64,000 nt of DNA. Source: an uncultured Pseudomonadota bacterium. Its GTDB lineage: Bacteria > Pseudomonadota > Gammaproteobacteria > Ga0077536. This document shows positions 61,893 to 64,000 of this stretch, in pieces (position 1 is the first letter of the stretch; each line of letters opens with the position of its first letter). Position numbers and translations under genes: made by a program. The notes beneath the pieces are model-generated. The model was not told the origin of the DNA, searched no databases, and saw only the letters and a list, made by a program, of their open reading frames with translations. The DNA lies in assembly GCA_913047675.1 (NCBI GenBank), contig CAJWTO010000002.1:6833-70832 (forward strand). Reading direction: 5' to 3'.

Positions 61893-63065
61893 ATGTTTTT
61901 GAAGGAAAAGAACGCGAGTGCGTTTAATGAGCTAGATGTAATTGGCAGATTGTCAAAGCATTATTATCAACAGCTACTGCGGCGCGCGGGAATTACTATC
62001 GGCGGTAATGAGCCGTGGGATATTCAGATCCGAGACGCTCGTTTTTGGAGGAAAGTTGGGCTTTTTGGAACATTAGGTTTTGGTGAGGCCTATATGGATG
62101 GTTGGTGGGATGCGTCTAGAGTGGACCAACTTGTTTATCGATTAGCTAGGTTACGAATTGAACAAAATGTCCTAAATCTCCCAAAGTTATTATGTGGCTT
62201 GGCCGCAAAATTCAAGAACTTGCAGAGCATTAGCCGTTCTAAATTAGTCGCCCTGCAGCACTACGATCTAGATAACGATTTGTACAGAGATATGCTCGGT
62301 GAGCGTATGGTTTATACTTGTGCTTTTTGGAAAGATTCCCGAGATCTAAATATTGCGCAGGAGAAGAAGCTAGAATTAGTCTGCGACAAACTAGGAATTA
62401 AAGAGGGTATGCACGTACTCGACATAGGTTGTGGCTGGGGTAGTTTCGCTGAGTACGCCGCCCAAGTTCGCAAGGTCAAAGTGACTGGTGTCACCATATC
62501 TCGTGAGCAAGGACTCATTGCGAGAGAAAGATGTGCGGAGTTACCTGTCGATATCAGGATACAGGACTATCGAGCTTTAGAGGACCAAGAAAAATTTGAC
62601 CGAATAGTATCGCTTGGTATGTTCGAACACGTCGGTCGGAAAAACTATAAATCTTATATGAGATATATTCGACAGCATCTTAATATAGATGGGCTGGCTC
62701 TTATTCAGACTATCGGGTTGAGTTATAAGACGAACGGAATTGATCCGTGGGTCGCAAAATATATTTTTCCTAATAGCGAGGTTCCCACAATCGCTAGAAT
62801 TTCGACCGCCATAGAAGGCACGCTGAAGCTTGAAGATTGGCACAACTTTGGCGCAGACTACGATAAGACTCTTCTTGCTTGGCAAGAGAATTTTGTCGAG
62901 TCTTGGGAGAAGTACTCTAGTAAGCACGATCAACGATTTTACAGACTTTGGAATTATTACCTTTTGATGTTTGCAGGGCTTTTTAGAGCCCGTAATCTAG
63001 ATTTGTGGCAACTAGTTTTGAGCCCAAACGGGGTAGATGGAGGATATAGCCGACCTGCGTCTTAA
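61893..63065 (+). CDS. cfa: cyclopropane-fatty-acyl-phospholipid synthase
   Basis: It has the SAM motif VLDIGCGWG and is CFA-synthase-like over 390 aa. Confidence 0.85.
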   Translation: MFLKEKNASAFNELDVIGRLSKHYYQQLLRRAGITIGGNEPWDIQIRDARFWRKVGLFGTLGFGEAYMDGWWDASRVDQLVYRLARLRIEQNVLNLPKLLCGLAAKFKNLQSISRSKLVALQHYDLDNDLYRDMLGERMVYTCAFWKDSRDLNIAQEKKLELVCDKLGIKEGMHVLDIGCGWGSFAEYAAQVRKVKVTGVTISREQGLIARERCAELPVDIRIQDYRALEDQEKFDRIVSLGMFEHVGRKNYKSYMRYIRQHLNIDGLALIQTIGLSYKTNGIDPWVAKYIFPNSEVPTIARISTAIEGTLKLEDWHNFGADYDKTLLAWQENFVESWEKYSSKHDQRFYRLWNYYLLMFAGLFRARNLDLWQLVLSPNGVDGGYSRPAS

Positions 63066-63129
63066 AGGAAATTAGCTAAGCCCCTTAGGAGGGTGCCGCC
63101 AAAAACTGGCGACACCTATACCGACTAAG

Positions 63130-64000
63130 CTATGCAGCAGGATTAAGTACAGCTTTTAATTCGAGAAACTCCTCAAATCCAAATTCTCCCCATTCCCTGC
63201 CATTCCCAGACTGTTTATACCCACCGAAAGGTGCACTTAAGTTAAGCCCTGCCCCATTTATATGGACGTTGCCCGCCCGCAATTGAGACGCAACACTTTG
63301 CACCTGGCTTTCATCTTTTCCCGACACATACGCGGACAAGCCGTAGTCCGTGTCGTTTGCCATTTTAATGACCTCTTCATCACTTTCGTAAGGCAGCATA
63401 CAAAGCACTGGCCCGAAAATTTCTTCCCGAGCAATGGTCATATCATTGGTTACGTCTGAAAAAATAGTAGGTTTGACATAGTAACCCTTATCTATACCTT
63501 CTGGCAGCCCTGTCCCTCCTGTAACAAGCGTCGCGCCTTCATCGATTCCTTTTTGAATCAACGCTTGAATTTTGTCGAATTGAACCTTGCTCACGACGGG
63601 GCCGATGGTGGAATCCTGCATATTTGGGTCGCCGACATTGGTCGCTTCGGCGGCTTGTTTCGCCACCATAACTGCTTCTTCTTTCCTGTCAGCAGGAACA
63701 AACATCCGACTTGGAGCATTACACGATTGACCTGAATTCAGGAACATACCTTCAACATCTCGCTTAACGGCTACTTCTAAATCAGCATCTCCGAGCATTA
63801 TATTAGGAGACTTTCCACCTAATTCTTGCGTTACTCGTTTAACGGTATCGGCAGATGATTTAGCTACCTGTATCCCAGCTCTGGTAGAACCAGTGAAAGA
63901 CATCATATCTATATCTGGATGACTAGACATCGCTTCTCCGACCGTAGGTCCATCGCCATTTACCATATTAAACACACCTTTGGGCACACCGGCATCGTGT
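63130..64000 (-). CDS. aldehyde dehydrogenase (C-terminal part; the N-terminus lies beyond the window end)
   Basis: It has the ELGGKSP motif and the catalytic Cys in GQSCNAPSR. The ORF runs off the window. Confidence 0.8.
   Translation of the reverse strand, partial: HDAGVPKGVFNMVNGDGPTVGEAMSSHPDIDMMSFTGSTRAGIQVAKSSADTVKRVTQELGGKSPNIMLGDADLEVAVKRDVEGMFLNSGQSCNAPSRMFVPADRKEEAVMVAKQAAEATNVGDPNMQDSTIGPVVSKVQFDKIQALIQKGIDEGATLVTGGTGLPEGIDKGYYVKPTIFSDVTNDMTIAREEIFGPVLCMLPYESDEEVIKMANDTDYGLSAYVSGKDESQVQSVASQLRAGNVHINGAGLNLSAPFGGYKQSGNGREWGEFGFEEFLELKAVLNPAA

Overview
This 64 kb window is from an AT-rich (roughly 45% GC by eye) gammaproteobacterium whose gene order resembles Pseudomonas. Coding density is high, with no rRNA, CRISPR array, integrase or transposase. 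The first half (1-32.6 kb) is core housekeeping. It holds a pyrimidine block (pyrK-like, pyrC', pyrB, pyrR, ruvX, a TonB-like gene and gshB), followed by hemC-hemD, msbA, pmbA and uvrD. Next come a membrane-anchored azurin, an orphan pstS, dsbA, cytochrome c4, engB, rpmE2 (L31 type B) and xthA. Then hemA-prfA-prmC-moeB on the minus strand, and lolB-ispE-tRNA-Gln-prs-ctc-pth-ychF on the plus strand. The second half (32.7-64 kb) looks accessory and catabolic, centred on two paralogous small+large subunit N,N-dimethylformamidase-like gene pairs. Locus 1 adds a coupled 138-aa ORF and an operon of an MFS transporter, two SDRs, an M20 amidohydrolase and an NTF2-like protein. Around the pairs sit an acyl-CoA dehydrogenase, a gamma-CA-like protein, an MGMT-AlkA fusion, an amidase-signature enzyme and a formamidase/acetamidase. 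Further genes are an LLM oxidoreductase, a fused 3-oxoacid CoA-transferase, an enoyl-CoA hydratase, hydrolases, a VOC protein, cfa and a truncated aldehyde dehydrogenase. The ORF track missed a SelW/Rdx-family selenoprotein gene with an in-frame TGA (CxxU motif), translationally coupled to cinA. A 479-bp intergenic region carries a tandem degenerate repeat with two terminator hairpins and GGGGAGG motifs, which may be an sRNA or repeat element. All functional calls rest on motif and family recognition by eye, with no database search.
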